The position numbers and the translations under genes are program-made. The notes beneath the pieces are model-generated. The model saw only the letters and a program-made list of their open reading frames with translations. It did not search any database and was not told the DNA's origin. A DNA stretch of 64,000 nt from Bdellovibrio sp. (GTDB lineage: Bacteria > Bdellovibrionota > Bdellovibrionia > Bdellovibrionales > Bdellovibrionaceae). The stretch's first letter is position 1; each line of letters begins with the position of its first letter. Location of the stretch: NCBI GenBank assembly GCA_046318155.1, contig JBKCUU010000047.1, positions 10,433 to 74,432 of the forward strand. Direction: 5' to 3'. Shown piece after piece: positions 62,268-64,000 of the stretch.

Positions 62268-64000
62268 ATGAAATTACTCGCCTGCTTTTTTCTTATTTTA
62301 GGGACCCCCTTCGCCGCCGCAGACATGCCGGCGAAACCTGCCGTCGTTCGCGGAGTTCTGACCGACACGCAGCGGATTTACTTTGATCTTGGTGATGGCG
62401 CACGTCTGACCTTTGACCCTTCTTTGCACTTTCAGGCCGCCAGTGATGAGCTCACCACGCAAGCTCTCGGGTTAGAAAGTCGCAGCCGCCTTGTGATCAA
62501 TGAGAATTTCGTTCTCAACAAATCGGATTTTCAGAAAATGATGCACGTCTGGCCCGAAATGCCGCTCAAAGCGTCCTGGACCTCGCGGCTTCAGATTTTA
62601 AAGGCCGCTGGCGATTCTGTGACCGTACTCGTGCGCAAAGGCCTCATGCGAACGCAATCTTCAATCGAAGTCCCTCGATCAATCGCCGTGTGGCTGGGCT
62701 GCGCTCGCGATACAACTCAATGCTTGGGGATGACCGATACTATTTCAAACCCCAATCTCCTCAATGCCGTTCCGACGGCACTTGAGCTTAATCTGCTCAA
62801 CGCTGATGAGATCAAAGACCTGCAAGCACGAACAGCCGGTCTCAATCTCGAATCGCTGAAATCCGTTTTTCTCAAAAACGGATTTCCCAACGCTATGGCC
62901 GAATGGATGGGGCTCAAGCTGTTGGCTCGGCGCCATGCCCTCGTGCTTGATTCCGAACGTGACCGCGTTCTGAATCAACTCCAGGCGTACTCGTCTTTGC
63001 CACTCATTAAAAACGGGCAATTGATGTCCGCGCCCGAAGGGTTTGAGACGGATTTGACCTTGCACCATCTCGAAGCACGTCTGAACGCCTTCCTCTTGAG
63101 CCGTCTCGATGATGTTCAAAAACTAGCTGAGTTCGTGCTGAGAAATTTTCCGTACATGACCCTAGAGACTGAAAAATCCATCGGCGGTTGGTCGGTATCA
63201 CCAGGGTTCATGATTCGGGTCAACCGCCGCATCGAAAAAAATGTCCACGCTCGAAGCGTGCTGGAGCAATTTCGCATCGAAGACTCACTCGAAGTCTTTG
63301 CATCGGTAACGGTCGGACCCCATTTTGAGCGCGGGATTCTGAGTGCCTCGGCCGGCGTGGGCCCGGCCTACTTGCGCCGATACACGCGCGTTCACATGGC
63401 AGCCAGCGAAGAAGACGCGCGCAAGGGTTACTGGAAGATCCCAAAAGATCTGATCTTGCGTAAAAAGTATGTCGATCTTGAACCGCGCGAGCGCCTCACC
63501 ATTCAAAGTGGTTGGTTGGCCAATGCGAGCTTGAATGGCAATATTCGGATTCTGGGGCAGTCCAAGGTCCGTCCTCAAGCTTGGGTGATGGGAAATCACC
63601 AGTGGCTTTCGCTCAGTCACGTGTACCGAGCCCACGACGGCGATCTTTACTTTGGACACGGCAACTCAAAAGGTTTTGAAGTCAGTTCGCAGGCGTTCTG
63701 GCGGGTGATTAGCAAAATCGCGCGCATTCCGGTTCTCAACTTTCGCAAAGCGTGGATGTCCGCGACGAATGCTGTTTACAAAGTCGATGCGGCGACCTTA
63801 AGTCGCCAAGATGAAAAGGCCATCTTGCTCAAAGAAGCCATCGAGTCGGGAGATCTGTCAGCTCTGAACCCCCAGCCGCCTCGTGTGCAGGCCCAGGCGA
63901 CCTACCAGGCGAGCGAGCTGTGGCTGGATTGGGGCTTAGGCAATTACGATCGCACTCAGTGGTCTGGAGTGCTGCAAGCGACGCCGCCAAGCACAGGCAC
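62268..64000 (+). CDS. large secreted hypothetical protein, 3' end outside the window
   Basis: Absent from the ORF track (no stop in the window). The ATG at 62268 directly abuts the upstream TAA. I translated it by hand and it stays open to 64000 (>577 aa). Signal peptide MKLLACFFLILGTPFAAA. Confidence 0.6.
   Translation, partial: MKLLACFFLILGTPFAAADMPAKPAVVRGVLTDTQRIYFDLGDGARLTFDPSLHFQAASDELTTQALGLESRSRLVINENFVLNKSDFQKMMHVWPEMPLKASWTSRLQILKAAGDSVTVLVRKGLMRTQSSIEVPRSIAVWLGCARDTTQCLGMTDTISNPNLLNAVPTALELNLLNADEIKDLQARTAGLNLESLKSVFLKNGFPNAMAEWMGLKLLARRHALVLDSERDRVLNQLQAYSSLPLIKNGQLMSAPEGFETDLTLHHLEARLNAFLLSRLDDVQKLAEFVLRNFPYMTLETEKSIGGWSVSPGFMIRVNRRIEKNVHARSVLEQFRIEDSLEVFASVTVGPHFERGILSASAGVGPAYLRRYTRVHMAASEEDARKGYWKIPKDLILRKKYVDLEPRERLTIQSGWLANASLNGNIRILGQSKVRPQAWVMGNHQWLSLSHVYRAHDGDLYFGHGNSKGFEVSSQAFWRVISKIARIPVLNFRKAWMSATNAVYKVDAATLSRQDEKAILLKEAIESGDLSALNPQPPRVQAQATYQASELWLDWGLGNYDRTQWSGVLQATPPSTG

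Noticed and set aside
1-64000. Scan for CRISPR arrays, IS/transposase, integrase, prophage or toxin-antitoxin pairs, rRNA and tRNA.
   Set aside because: I saw no regularly spaced direct repeats, no DDE or tyrosine-recombinase motifs in any listed ORF, and no rRNA or tRNA signatures. The only duplication found is the LysR 3' fragment reported above.

Overview
Gene-dense 64-kb chromosomal window with about 60 protein-coding genes. I found no rRNA, tRNA, CRISPR array, transposase or integrase. Most of it is housekeeping: orn, fliC, ahcY, map, ettA, bolA, a UvrD/PcrA-type helicase, fumC, dusC plus a second dus, grxC, purK-purE, acs, dnaJ-dnaK, pilA, clpS-clpA, htpX, slt, lnt and mutS2. The gene content points to a Bdellovibrio-like predatory bacterium. 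The evidence is a short 277-aa flagellin, a type IVa pilin beside dnaJ-dnaK, an orphan ParA, a SWIB-domain protein with a histone-H1-like tail, and many signal-peptide hydrolases. That taxon call is inference only. Two regions look accessory. (1) 23.1-29.9 kb holds an NhaR-type LysR gene whose 3' end and downstream operator box are duplicated around a 2.5-kb omp-like/LysR/omp-like cassette. It is followed by a tightly coupled four-gene operon: two tandem eRF1/Pelota-like (baeRF-type) paralogues, a small membrane protein and an HPF/RaiA-like protein. This is my best candidate for an undescribed ribosome-directed system. (2) 57.8-64.0 kb holds a run of signal-peptide proteins: a lipoprotein, an ATP-grasp-like protein, a 746-aa protein with glutamine-synthetase-like amidoligase motifs plus an NC..W cysteine motif, and a further >577-aa unknown that runs off the window. 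Other points of note are a stand-alone zinc-ribbon/Tudor-like protein directly upstream of a helicase that lacks the usual C-terminal Tudor domain, a 37-bp-stem hairpin that contains the stop codons of two convergent genes, three sigma-32-like promoters in front of dnaJK, clpSA and htpX, and a CGAGGGAAA motif cluster. Many ORF-track starts are over-extended, because the track also uses GTG/TTG as starts. I trimmed starts where an RBS or homology supported it.
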